Below, one piece after another: positions 1-12,952 of a stretch of 64,000 nucleotides of DNA. The notes beneath the pieces were generated by a model, which was not told where the DNA came from, did no database searches, and saw only the letters and a list, made by a program, of their open reading frames with translations. The first letter of the stretch is position 1, and each line of letters opens with the position of its first letter. The stretch spans positions 90,522,001 to 90,586,000 of the forward strand of contig NW_024704742.1 of the NCBI RefSeq assembly GCF_018977255.1, given 5' to 3'. Both the position numbers and the translations under genes were made by a program. Source of the stretch: Callorhinchus milii (lineage: Eukaryota).

Positions 1-249
1 AGACCATGATCTGTTCTTATCTATCTTATTTCCTTATGCACATTTAGTTGGGGCTGAGGGGGATAATTTGGATATCAATAAATAATTATTTGAATTCTGC
101 AGAATTATAGTTAACTGCCCAGTATTGATATGAACACAATCATGAACTTACAGGATGTTCACAAAGTCTTGTTACCCGTTTTTCCCCCTACAGTGCAACA
201 ACGAAACATGTGGAAGAATGATGATAATTGTATTTAGAAGTACTTAATT

Positions 250-410
250 GTATATAGACGTCCAGAGGATCAGCGTGAACACCATCATTTTCATGGCAAA
301 TAATGATCCATTGCCAGGTTCGATGCCACATAGATGGAGTGATGAGGTGAAATGCATCTCTGACAGCTTGTTTCAACTTCTCCATAGTCTCATATCACTG
401 TTTTGTAACA
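250..410 (-). mobile_element. Tc1/mariner transposase C-terminal remnant
   Basis: Peptide MEKLKQAVRDAFHLITPSMWHRTWQWIIICHENDGVHADPLD fits the L..A....I.P.....R...C....G.H ending of Tc1/mariner transposases; no TIRs or catalytic core seen. Confidence 0.55.
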
Positions 411-1542
411 GGGGGTAACAGGACTTGTACATTTTGAGTTCTTACGTAGTGGTAGTAGATGTTTAATTCTAGCCAGTGTGCTTTCATACACTCCAACTAT
501 TTTTTCAAGAAAGGTCATCACAAAAGTGCAACTCATCTTAGTATTTATGTTGTGGGAGCGCTGAGAAATGTCAGCACTTTTGGAATTTAAACTTAGTTGT
601 TTTCATTAAATGTTTTAATTTGACTACAGACATTTGTTTCCACATAGGAACAAACGGACCTTAAAGAGTCAAGCAATCTGGTCAAATGCATGCTGTTGCC
701 ATGGAGCATTGCTAGGCTACAAGTGGCCTTGTGAGAGGGCGTATCACACTGTTCCAGAATGAGCCACAAGGGCAGTTTCATTGCAAAGTATAAATTGTAT
801 TTCCTTGGTTTTATACTCTTACGATTTGAAATATTTATTGTTTAACACAGCCCTCTGGAATAAACCTACACTATCCGTAGCACTCAAACAATCATCTGCA
901 CGCAAATCATAAAACTACACTGCACCTAAATTCATTCTTTGAATTCAGGCATGGACAGCTGTCTACTGAGTGACAAAGTCACGATTAACATATAGTCAGC
1001 TCACATTTAGTGATATTTATGGCCACCCTTTTTATTTACAAATGTTTGTAGCAAGAGTTTTCAATTAAATTAATTTGACAGTATTTTTGTCGTTTCATCA
1101 CCTCAACATTCAAAGAAAAATTAAATTGCTTTCTGATGGAACTTTGTCATCGGTATATTACACTACTGGAGGCATGATTTTATTTCCCATGATATTATCC
1201 CACACAGGCACTGTATGCAAACAGAGTATATTGTCCAGGAAATCATTGGATGGATATTTATACAACGAAGAACCTCACTAAGCCCAGAATGGAGGGTCCC
1301 ATGGTAGGATAAAGGTAGAAGAATTTCTTAAAGAAGAAATCCCTTAAAATTCCTAATAGTATAGATTTAGGTGGACCTAAATACATTTTAAAAAGTCACC
1401 CCACTCTATAGTATATTCTGTTCTTTGAGACATCTTCACAACATGAAATATGGTAAAGCAAATGTATTACTATTATTATTATTAATCCAATTATGTATAG
1501 AAAATGTGAGAATAAAATTGTTTAAACTCCTCTTCAACTTGT

Positions 1543-2555
1543 GTGTACATGCACCATCTTGATGACATCATCAGCAGACATGGGGTCAACTTCCACATGT
1601 TTGCAGATGACACCCAACTCTATCTTTCTGCCTCCACCCTCGACTCCAGGATCACTGTTGTCCTGACAGAATGTCTGTCAGACTTCAAGTCCTGGATGAG
1701 AGCTAACCTTCTACAGTTGAATGTCAACAAGACCGAGGCTCTCCTGATTTGCTCCCATCAGCGCCTCCTCACCTCAGGCGCTGACAGCATCACCATCCAT
1801 GGTTGCACACTCCACCTCACTGAGACATCCAGAACCTTGGGGTCTTGTTTGACCCTCAACTGTCTTTTTGCCCCACATCCATGCCAGGATCTGCTCTGCC
1901 TTCCCCCACCTCCACAACATCTTTCGGTTCTGCCACCGCCTCACCCCACGGGCCACTGAAACCATCATCCACATGTTCATCACATCTAGGCTCAACTACG
2001 CCGATTGCCTGCTTGTTGGCCTTACCAAGTCTTCGCTCCACAAGCTGCAGATCATCAGAACTCTGCAGCTCATGTCCTCTCCCGCACCAGGTTCCGTGAC
2101 CCCATCACCCCCACCCTTGCTCGCTTCTACTGGCTCCTCATCCCCCAGAGGATACAGTTAAAAATCCTCGTCCTCGCCTTTAAGGCCCTCCATGGCCTTG
2201 CTTCCTCCTACCTTTGTGACTGCTCACCCCATATCAACTTGTCCACTCCCGCTGCTCAATCGGCTCCGGCCTGTTCCACGTTCTCCGCCCGGCCTGCCCC
2301 ACCATCAGCGATCAGGCATTCAGCCTCTCTGCCCACATCCTTTGGAATTCCATCCCACATTCCCTTCGCCTCACTCCCCCCTTGCCTCCTTCAAGGTACG
2401 ACTCAAGACCCTTTTTGACAGCCACTTTGACCAATCTCCTACTCTCCCTGCCCTCCATCCTCCCTAATCCCAACCCCCCTGCTCGGGTCCAAATCCCTGA
2501 CTGTCCAGCGTCACCCGACGTGAAAGGTACTATACAAATGTATTTTGTATTCTAT
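1543..2555 (+). mobile_element. L2-clade LINE, 5'-truncated, frameshifted ORF2 (RT to 3' tail)
   Basis: HMFADDTQLY RT motif, WM..N.L.LN..KTE, SRL.Y, KILVLAFKALHGLA; ends in acgtgaaagg...tatacaaatg tail. Confidence 0.92.
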
Positions 2556-2641
2556 TGTGAGAACAACTGGCTTGAATTGGTTTCCTGATACAGTAATTGT
2601 GGACCATAAAATTTCAGTCAGCCTTATAATAGGGAGTAATT

Positions 2642-3006
2642 GTGGAGTCCTGTAGCTCAGTGATAAGAGCATTCACTTTGCAAGTGAGAGACCTGGGTTC
2701 GATTCCCAGGCAAGACGAAACGTTGGGTAAGTTTCCTTACTTTGTGCGCCTCTGTTTACCTAGCAATAAGTAGAAACCTGGAGGATGTTAGTTGATTGGC
2801 GGATCGCTTTTCCAGGGGTAATAATTCCTTCAAAGAAAAATAATAAATTGGTCACTTCAATCCATTACTGTTTGTGGGACATTGCTGTGCCACATTTCGC
2901 CCACAAAATATACAGTCAATTCACTTTACAATATACTCTGTGAAGGATTTTGAGACACCTTGAAGATGTAATAAGACGCTATATCAATGCGAGGGTTACT
3001 ATTATT
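2642..3006 (+). mobile_element. tRNA-Ala-derived SINE, long subfamily, L2-type tail
   Basis: A box TAGCTCAGTG, B box GGTTCGATTCC, tgtttgtgggacattgctgtg body, (ATT)n end; many related copies in window. Confidence 0.92.
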
Positions 3007-4057
3007 AATCGCCATTCAGCCAATAACCCAGTCGGATTTTTTTTAACATGTGTAAAGCTGGCTGTGAGTTCCAAAGGGTATCTGCATTATAAGTGCACCC
3101 ACGTAACACAAGCCTCGACTGCGTGTCCTATCATTAATAACAATACGATTATTAGAGATGTTCGGCAAGTGACCTGTAGTGCAGTGTTCTCTAGCACGGC
3201 AAAGAGGAGGTCATTCGTAACAGTGAGCTCATCCTGTTAAGTCTTTTCCTTCAATGAAAACAGTTCTATGAAATTTGCAACTCACAGGCTAAACAGTTGA
3301 ATTTGCATACATTGCTATAATAGGTGTTCATAAAATGTAAAGCAGACATTTTATGCATTTCCCTTGCTCATTGGTAGCTTTGATAATGATCTGAAACAGA
3401 TGGTTTATTTGCTTAGGATATCTGCTAAGCAGCATGTAAAACTGGCTACATTGTTGTAAAACACAACTTTTGAATGTAATGTGATGGAGCTTCCCTACAA
3501 ATCAAAATAAGTAACAGTGCCTATGGCCCAATGTCCTGCAGTGCGGCCTCAACAATCTGCCTGTATACACCGTTCACAACAGTGTACATATATTTTACAT
3601 TTTTAATTAAAAAGATTACTCAGAATACATTGCAGAAAAAATATTGTAAAATACTAGAAGGTAAATTGAAGAGCATAACTTTATTTTAGATATAAAGACT
3701 TCAATATTTAATGGTGAACTATGATTGTGCAGGGTCGATTCTAAGACTCCCTTCTCAACCCTCACCATGAACTACAGGAGTCACACTCTGATTGGTACAA
3801 GACTAAAACAATTCAGAACTATCCAGCAAAGGACAATTCAAAGAGCTTGACAGGGTACGTACCTGGCCTGATCTCTGGCAAATGAAAAGCAATACAGATA
3901 AATGCAAGATAGTGCAGATAGGAAATAAAGATGAAAGGCACATAGATGGAATAGAAATTGTCAAGGGAAAAGTTGAAAGAGACCTTGGGGGTTTTAATTG
4001 ACTGTCTGTGTTGAACCACAGAGGCAGCAATAAAGAAGGCAAAGATGATGGACTATA

Positions 4058-4410
4058 CGGTGCAGCCCTGTTATACTGTGCTTTATAGTGCAAATTCGGT
4101 TTTGGCGTAGTTACAATAAGAACTCCATTCACTGTGCATGCACACAGTTAGCCCGCTTATTCCTCGCATGCTGGCCATCTTTCACAGTAAAATGGCCAAC
4201 TTCCAGGTCATTAGATTGTCACTGACATCACATCCTGCATACGGTACACATGCACAGGACATGATGTTGATATAGACACCATGAGCCAGGGGTTAGCCTT
4301 TTTAATCCTAGACCACCATACAGTGAAAATTCTGGCAATCTTGCATTGATACAGTGCAGGTTGGGATTTTTTTTGGATCCTACAAACTGTGTAATAAAAA
4401 GGATCCACTG
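4058..4410. mobile_element. Tc1/mariner-Tigger-like MITE nested in CR1
   Basis: Interrupts CR1 at a TA (ctata|...|ttttgccaaaatcagttgag; uninterrupted equivalent at ~39465); degenerate TIRs cggtgcagccctgttat / cagtggatcctttttat (12 of 17 match). Confidence 0.5.
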
Positions 4411-4538
4411 TTTTGCCAAAATCAGTTGAGTTGAGATCAATGCTCAAGTTCTGGTCATAACACACCTGGCACACTGCAGAGTTCTGGATGCCACAATATA
4501 AAGTGCTGCCCAGGCACTAGAGGCAATATAGAGGAGAG

Positions 4539-4763
4539 CAACAACAACAACAACAACAAGATTCCATTTATAAAGCGCCTTTCATGTCAGGAGGACGTCC
4601 CAAGGCGCTGCACAGTTGGGTCATGACCTGAGCAGGGGGGAAATGGTCAGGGGAGGGGAGGGAGCGAGGCGGGGGGAAATGGTCAGGGTGAGGGGAGGGA
4701 TGGGAGGGAGCGAGAAGGGGGAAGAGAGTCGAGAAGGGAGCTGAAGGCACGGTCAAAGAGAAA
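4539..4763 (-). mobile_element. Young L2 3'-end insertion (short form)
   Basis: (GTT)n tail, gcgccttgggacgtcctcctgac stem-loop, C-rich repeat units; near-identical to 55493, 51417 and 63390 copies. Confidence 0.93.
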
Positions 4764-7700
4764 TAACCATCAATGAGGAAAAAGTAGATATTACTGTGAT
4801 CTTTAGCCTTGATAGGAGATATCTCAAAGTGGACCTTATAAATGGTAGAGATTATGTTTAATGAGCTTTAGAAAGTCAATTCAGGACAATATTTTCAGAT
4901 GAGCCATGGCAACAGGACAAGAAGGCACCAGTCGGGATGTGAAGGGCAGTTTAATAGCAAAAAGCATTTCTTTATATAGAGGGTAAATACAACTGGAACA
5001 TGTTAGCAAGAAGGGCAGTGGAGGACAGGATACTGGTATCATTTAAGAAACTGAGTTATGCTATAACAGGCAGACAGTACGGTCTGTATTCTGGAAGGAA
5101 AAGGTCAAATTAGTCAATGGGCCTTCCTTATCAGAGCTGGTCTTAAAAAATCTTAATTTGCACAAGAATGAAAGAAAAATGTTAGCTTTGTCTTAAATCC
5201 AACCAAAGTTGAGTTTATTATAATCTTTATACTAAAATCTACTACTAGAGTCTTCAGTAGAACTTTATCTAGTCAATAAATAATCATGACACAACAGTAA
5301 ATCCTGTGACGTGCTTTCAGACATCACAGCTATATCATGACAATATCAAATATAAGGATTATTATTATCCTCATCTTATGTACCCCAATAATTCAATAAT
5401 GAAAGCGATATGTTTTTAACAAAGGAGAAATAAATGTAATTCTTTATATGGTGCAGTAATAAGGTACAAGTACATTCTGAGGTCCTAAGATAGCTAATAA
5501 GTTATAATTATTTGTGCACTGGGCCATAATGACAGACAGGTTTCCCAGGGTTTAACTTGTGGGTTGTTAAAATCCTAGCAGCTTAAAATCAACCTAATTA
5601 ATCATAATTGGGATCTGCACATGACATAAAGCAAAGCGTGTCCCTATCTAAAATCTTACAACTGTCACAAGGGCTTTTAAATAGCTTTTAAAAGAAAGCA
5701 CTGGTTTTCAAAATTTATTTCTAAAATCCCATATGAAATTTTGTTAATAGATAAATGATGTTTAATTTGAAAGGGTTACCACGAATTTCTCCTCTGAATA
5801 AAATGTTCCTGTAAAGATGTCAGAAAGAATTTAGTACTTTAATAATTCTGACTAATTAATCCGTAAATTCCACTTTAATTTGGTGATTTCTCTAGTTATA
5901 GAAAAACTTAACACAGCTAGAGATAGTATGCAGTTATAATGCAATTATACTGTTCACTATCTCAAAAGAGAAATGGTAGAACTAAGACAAAGCTAACATT
6001 TTTCTTTCATTCTTGTGCAATGGTAGAAATAGTAGAACAACAAAAAATGGTAGTCCAATTGTGCCTGTTAAGATCACTCCCCTTGTGCCTAGAAGCGCTC
6101 ACAATCCCCTATTCCCTTTGGTGTAGAAAATAGAACGTGGTCTTGGTTTAGGTAAAATAATATCCGAGTTAAACCATGTTGCACATTTTGTTTATTGACC
6201 TCCCTATTCATAGAATTCTACACTATATAAAGAAAAATTCCCTGCCTCCGATCAAAACAAAAAATTGTTACACTGAATGATAATTTAATGCATTAATTTA
6301 ATGCATAAAATTTGCCAAATTATAATTATGTTAAATAGTCACTATTTTTGCTTGTGGTGTCAGTGTTTCTGGTAAACTGCGCTTTCAGGCAGGCATTTTG
6401 TTTCTCCTTCAGAGTGCAGTTCTATGTTGGTGTAGACCTGTGTTGGCCAACCTTTATGTCGGATCACAAAATAAATATTCTTGATTGAATATATGCCATA
6501 AATCATGAAATATTCAATCAAGAATAAACTGAAAACACACTACCGATCGAAGACGGACTTATCTAGACTCGTGCGAATGTTCAGGGGGCTACTTCTTGAC
6601 GGCCTGTGGGTCACAGGTTGGCCATCACTGGAGTACATTTATTTTGTCATTCCTCTTTCCATGTTATATAAAATTTCCTTACACAGAATTCCTACAATGT
6701 CTCTTAGTTCTTCCCCCTCACAATGATGTTTAATCCTTCCTCTACACTTAGCTTGTGTTTTACTGTCGCTGTAACACAAAATGGTCCGATGTCAACTGAT
6801 GGAATAGTCACCGAAGAGAATTGCGAGGATTCAGCGATTCCAGATTTTACAAAATATTTGGCAAGACCATTGCCCTCTTCGCAAGAAAGTGATGCATAAT
6901 TCATTCTGTAAAAATCAGGCTGAGAAAAGACTATTTCGCCACAAAAAATTTTAGGGCTTGCCATAACAAAGCGTAAATCATATATAGCCAGAAAATAGAA
7001 CCAGGGAATATAAATTCTATTGTCATATGATTTCTTGGATCCTTTACCATGAAATATAAATTAAAAGAGTATCACAGTTTAACCATAGATTCTGGTACAC
7101 ATGGAACCGAGTTCAATGAGATTTCCAGTGATTGGAAAGATTTAGAGCTTGTCTGAGATTAGCAGCGGAGGTACTGCAATTAATTTGATACAAAAGCATT
7201 ATTTGTCACAGATGCTGCAGTAATTTGAATAGGCAGAAGTGATGACATAGTTAATAAGTACTGTTTGTAAATGTGTTGTGCTTCTTGCCTCTTCTAGTAT
7301 TGGCAGATAAGGAATGGAGGTAGAATTGAAGTCCATGGGCCCGTTAACTTTTAATTCTCCTAATTCTGGGCCAGCAGCTTGTTTTTCGAAATACAAAGAA
7401 ATATTTAATCACCAGAAACACACTTTCCGTCCTGCCTATGACAATTGAATATTACAGAGTTTAAACTAAGCATTATGGGCAGAAAATGCAACTAAGTTTG
7501 TCATAGTTTTAAAATGATGTGAAAGACGCAACTGCAACTCTCACAGGACCAATTCCTTTCTGTAATAAGGCATGAGGTGGCCATTTTATTCATTGCGTTC
7601 CCTGAATTTTCCCCGAGTGCAATAGTACATGAACATTACAGGAAAGCAACCAGTGCTGTGCTACCTTCCAATGTGGTACTAAAGAAAGATACATTAGTGA

Positions 7701-8952
7701 TTAGAAAATAAAGAGCATGACTTTTTAAACGTTATTGTGTTGTCATACCATGGAATAAGGTATAAAATTATGGTACAAAATGATCTAAAGGGACATGATG
7801 CAGTACATTATGTACAAGAGCAGGAGCAGCAGTTTCCCAATGTTCATAAAGACTGCTCCATTAAATTCCTCGAGATTCCTCGAGTCAATAATTAGGATTC
7901 CACAAATAAACCGAGGCAATTAAATCAATACTGTTGGGCAATTACTTCAGAGATTCTTGACTCAGTGGCACAGAAAGACACTATATCTTAGACTGCATAA
8001 TCAAACATACTAATGCAGTTTCTATCAGGATCTTGATTTACTTAAAATAATTGGAGAGGGAAAAGAGACGCCTTATAAACACAATTGGAGATTATGTTTC
8101 AGACCCACATATTTTCGGCATTAATTTTCTTTTCTTTTTTAAAAATCTAGAATTTTTCTAGCACCCTTTGAAATTCCAAACTCTAAGCATTAAAAAATAA
8201 GATTTATTCAAAGATAGTTACATAAAATTACATAAATAAAACAATCCTTATGAATAGATCTATGAAGAGTTGCAACATTTAATTTGCATTTTTATCACCA
8301 AAATCGTGATATAATATGAACAGCAACTATGTACCATCACTTTGGAAATACTTAATCAAAATATTTCAACAAGTTCCTCACACTCAAAGGTTATAGTTTC
8401 AATGCAGTAAGTTATTTTTTAGTAGAGTCCATAAATAAAGATACTGTGTGAATTTTTGGTGATCTGATCACCCAGCTCACTTTAACAACATCTGATATCA
8501 GAAAAACTCATATATAATATTTTACCCCACATTGATCTCCACGTTAATTTGTCAAGTTACAAGAACATATTTGTAGCTAAATCACATCTATAGCAACAAT
8601 TTTAGTCACAATCGTAATAGATGTTGTCACTGCCATCAATCACTCCCGGAAAAGTATTCCTAAACTGTAAACAATTAACCTGTCTTGATGAATATATCTT
8701 ATAAACCAACAGTTTCTGGTCCCACTTTATTTTATACATGGCATGCTATCCCCCTGTGCCAGAGAAATCAAATCCAATATCACTGCAGTTCAAAACATGG
8801 CAAAACAGTACTTCAGTTCAAATAATACAATTAGATCAATCACTGGTTAAAATATCTGAGACCAAATCCCACCACTTTGACCATGCCTTTGATCACCACT
8901 TAATGTTTCCCACTTCTTTTTGGGAGTCTTTTGCTCTCTTTGGTAAGTGCTT

Positions 8953-8981
8953 TTATTATTATTACTATTATTATTATTATT
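8953..8981. repeat. (TAT)n microsatellite
   Basis: About 9-10 TAT units with one TAC interruption. Confidence 0.9.
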
Positions 8982-11569
8982 GAGGTTTTTTTTGCATAAA
9001 TGGCACTATCATTTGCTATTATTGAAATTGTTATAAAGAATAATGCAAAACCTGGTGAATGCAGCCCAAGCCAGGTTGTTTTCCTTATTATTCAGCGGAG
9101 TCTCCTTGCAGCTGAACTGGCTCCAAAGTGTCATGCCTGGTAATGGAATGTCGGAATCGAGCCAGCTCTCTGTGGCAGGCTCAGTAGTCCACTTTCTGAG
9201 CCAGGCGGGTCCACCGTTTTCCAGGGCACTGCTGATGACAGTACAGCCAGCCTGGCTCATCGGCAGGACCTGGAAGGGCAGACGAGTCACTGGGGGCAGG
9301 AGTCAACCCACTCAGCTCATGTTAACCCTGCAAGTAGGGTGGACAAGCAGCGGGAAAGCTTGCCAGACAACGATATCAATGGTAAGCTATGTGGTTTTAG
9401 CTGGTTAGACTTCAACAATACCCCAGCACACACTCTGGGGTCCCAAGCCTTGGCTCTTGCTAACATTCGCCTAATACTTTCTGGAATTGTGATTTTTGAA
9501 ACAGTGTAACTTAGTTATAATAATATCCCATTTGGAATAACATTTTCTAAACAAACTATTTTGGTGCTTTATTTGTGAAGCTGCTCTTTCTTGTATTGTC
9601 TCGGGAAAAGGACCAGGAATATTTATTTTCAAAGAAACAGTGACTCTGTTATTTGGTTTGGACTGACAGCTCAGGCAGAAAACAAGCTAATATTTATATG
9701 GTAACAAAAAAGGACTGTAATCTAAATCTAAACTTCACAATTCAGTATATAATTTGAAGGCTCCTCCAAAGGCAGCAAAATACACCAGGGTTGTTTTACT
9801 TTGGTTTTGAAACTATGTAACTAAAGCGGGAGCTCACCATGAGCACCTCTTTAAAAATGTGCAACGACGTTTCAGCCCAAGGAGATGCAGCACTGAAACA
9901 CTCGCAAGATAAATTCTGCTCAACCTACGTGAAGTCATACAGAGACTCACTCCACTTTGGTAAACATACAGACTTACATGTTGTAAAAGATTATAATATC
10001 AATGGCAATTACCGTACATGGACTAGCTATACAATGTAGTATACAACAGAGTGGATACGCTCCCATTATAAAACACTAAGACTAGTTCAATAAAAGCAAA
10101 AACACATTCAAAACCCTACTTCTCCCAAACCACAACAAGTGCCAACAATAAACGGAGATATTTCTTTCATGGCTTTAGCTCAATTCAACTTCAAACCAAC
10201 CAACTTCAAGACACTAACACCACGGACAAATTGGTACATCCAAATGTCAATTGATTGTCCTTAATCACTCATGACAGGCAGAGTATTCCCGAAGACAGTA
10301 TGTTAATAAAGAAAAAAAACCTGGAAACTGATGAGAGGAATAAACTTCACATAGGTCACATAGAAATCTCTGTGGACCTGCCTGTGATTCAAGATAGTCT
10401 CAGACTTGTCATCAAGTGTGCAGCTTTCCATTCTGTACTGAAATATCAATAGGAATATGTTTGCAGGGTCTCTAGCGGACATTTTTTCATTCTTTCTGCA
10501 TCGACAGGACGCCAAATCAATATTCAGTTCCCACTAACAAGCTGTGCACAGTCTCTGTAGAAAATATTGCCAGAATACAGGAAGACATGGTAATAAACAG
10601 CTGTCCAGCTGTGAGGAAAACATGAATTGACTGCAAGTGAGTCCCTTAGAAAAGGTCACAGGGCTGTGATCCACTCTTCAGGTGTTCCATTTTATTACTG
10701 AATATAAACAACTGATAATAGAGCAGCATTGCAGCTAACTCATTACTGCAGATATATTATATTTGCTTGCTAGGGAGGTCTCTTTTTTTATTTCTCAAAA
10801 CAATGTTAAGAACCTGGTGTTTTCCTCTACAATTAACATTTATTTAGAATTTAGATATTGAAAAGAATTGCAAACACATAACTGGGATGTTAACCACTAA
10901 AATTACAATTGTCAATAAGCACAATATTGAAAAGAATGTTCTTTGTTGGCAGAGTTATCCTAAGCAATGAGATACTAGGAGCAAAGGGATGAAACTATAC
11001 TATTAGCCTCACAATGCTCTTTCTCTGGGCTCTGTAGATGCAAAGTGGCGCTCTGTTCATATGCACCTCAGTGCATGCACTGAGCTCTGCTAACTGGTGC
11101 TGAATGCCAGTTATATTAAACATTATTAAACAGTAGGAAGTCACACCACCTCGCTAATAAGATTAAAAACTTTAGCTTGGTTCCAGAAGACTGCCAAAGA
11201 ATTTGACTTAAAATTTTAATATTCAAAAATTTGCTATGTGGCCAGATTCCAGTTATATTACAACTAATCCAATGTTTACATGGTGTGACATGAGCTCCCC
11301 AAGCTGCCTTTATTGTGTGTAGGCCTCCTGAAATTGCAAGCATATTCTTATTGATAATAATCCATTTCATTTGACATAGTACCTTATCACATTATTGCGA
11401 CATCTCAAAGCTTTTGACAGGATTTACTGTAAAGTGACTGTATTATAATATTTCAATGCATAAATGACACTAAATTATGCAAATGCTTTAATACCAACCT
11501 TAGTGCATGGCATGAGTGCACTTTCAAATACACGTTAACATACATTTTCATATCTGTCTCTGGTAAAGA

Positions 11570-12070
11570 AACAACAAAAACAACTTACATTTATATAGCG
11601 CCCTTCATGCTGGACAGCATCTTGGAGAGCTTACAGTGGCGGAGCCTGATGCCAAGCCTAAGGGAGGGGGTAGGTGACCGTAGGCACGGTTGAAGAGGAA
11701 GGTCTTTAAGCGCAACCTGAAAGTGGGGAGAGGGGGCAAGACGAAGGGATTGAGGGAAAGAGTTCCGCAGCTTTGTGACGTAGTGGCTGAAAGTACGTCC
11801 ACTGATGGTGGGGCAGAAGGTCCGGGAGACAAGGAGGAGGCCAGAGCCAGTCGAACAGAGGCAGCGGGCAGTAGGGAGAGAGCAGGTTGGAGAGATCGGG
11901 GGATGCCAGGGTGCGAAGGGATTTAAGTACACGAGTGAGGATTTTGAAATCGATCCACTCTGACAGGGAGCCAATGGAGTTTGACAAGGACTGTGTTAAT
12001 GGCGGTATGGAGTTTAGTGCATTTGAGTATGCGGGCAACAGAGTTTTGAATTAATTGAATTTTGTGAATT
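11570..12070 (-). mobile_element. L2 LINE 3' fragment
   Basis: IDFKIL...LKSL..LASPDLS and LKTFLFNRAY peptides; aagggcgctatataaatgtaagttgtt tail. Confidence 0.88.
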
Positions 12071-12469
12071 CAAGTTACATTTAGGGTAAAATATGTCATA
12101 GCCAGGAGAAACCATATGAACCACATCTAACATGCTATTTATTAACTCTAAAATATTTGTTCAAACCATTTTGCTCCTCTGAGAAAAGGTGGCAATATAT
12201 CAGCATTTATCATTTCACTAGTTTTTCTAATTTAGCCAAATAATTCAGCTCTTCTGCAGCTACAAACTCAGGGCCATTATTGAAGTGAAGACACTGAGGG
12301 CACAAATCCCAGTGAGGTTATATTAAGAGAGTTACATTATATTGAAAAAATCTAAGTCATTGTTGCAAATCAGTAAATTGCAGGATGTCAGTCAGTTACA
12401 TGAAGGTGAAAGATGTCATGGCCAGAAGATCCATTCGGGAAGTGAATTTCCCAAACAACTTAATGGCTA

Positions 12470-12708
12470 TCAGTGCCTAACATCAGTCACGGGGTAGTCT
12501 CTTATACAGCCACGTTGCCAGGTAACTAGAGGAGCAACTTCCGGCACTTCAATGATGTCATAGACTTGCTCAGTTAAGGAATTGAAGCAAGGTTTGAGCA
12601 TTTCTGAGTTTATTGAATTGGTCCGCATTGTTTCTTGGATTCTGATGTGCTGAAAATGTGATTCAAGGACTTCCTCAGAAGACTTGCTGCACCATTGAAA
12701 AGGGGAGA
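12470..12708 (-). CDS. Putative terminal coding exon (VSPFQWCSKSSEEVLES...DYPVTDVRH-stop)
   Basis: Open for 79 codons only if entered in phase 1 at the AG at 12709-12710; weak acceptor; minus-strand AATAAA at 12138-12143; no homology recognised. Confidence 0.3.
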
Positions 12709-12952
12709 CTGCTCAAATAGAAATATCATTTCTTTACACATTTGACTTAAGAGGTCAGAAAAACTATTAGATATCTGCGTTTTGTTCCTGGTACAGAAAT
12801 GGCCTACTTCATTAGGCAGCAGATTATGTTGAATTGTTATAATTTAAGTAATTATGGCATAGCATAATTGTTCATCATCATAATGCAGGGAAAAGGAGAA
12901 TACTGATGTTCGATTAGAGTTCCAACAACACGTTATATCCAGACAAGCTTAC

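Larger units (their letters stand above)
3820..5150 (+). mobile_element. Old degenerate CR1 LINE interrupted by a MITE and a young L2 end
   Basis: Recognisable CR1 ORF2 motifs at DNA level (tggcaaatg...gataaatgcaag, gaaagagaccttggggg, agttctgg..gcca, gaggagagcaac) and a CR1-type 3' end. Confidence 0.7.

Noticed and set aside
9009..9408. GC-richer ORF pair as an exon
   Set aside because: No compatible splice signals or recognisable domain; more likely a decayed repeat that I cannot classify
10890..10995. Alternative CNTLN last exon starting FHPFA
   Set aside because: Poor acceptor and no similarity beyond PFA
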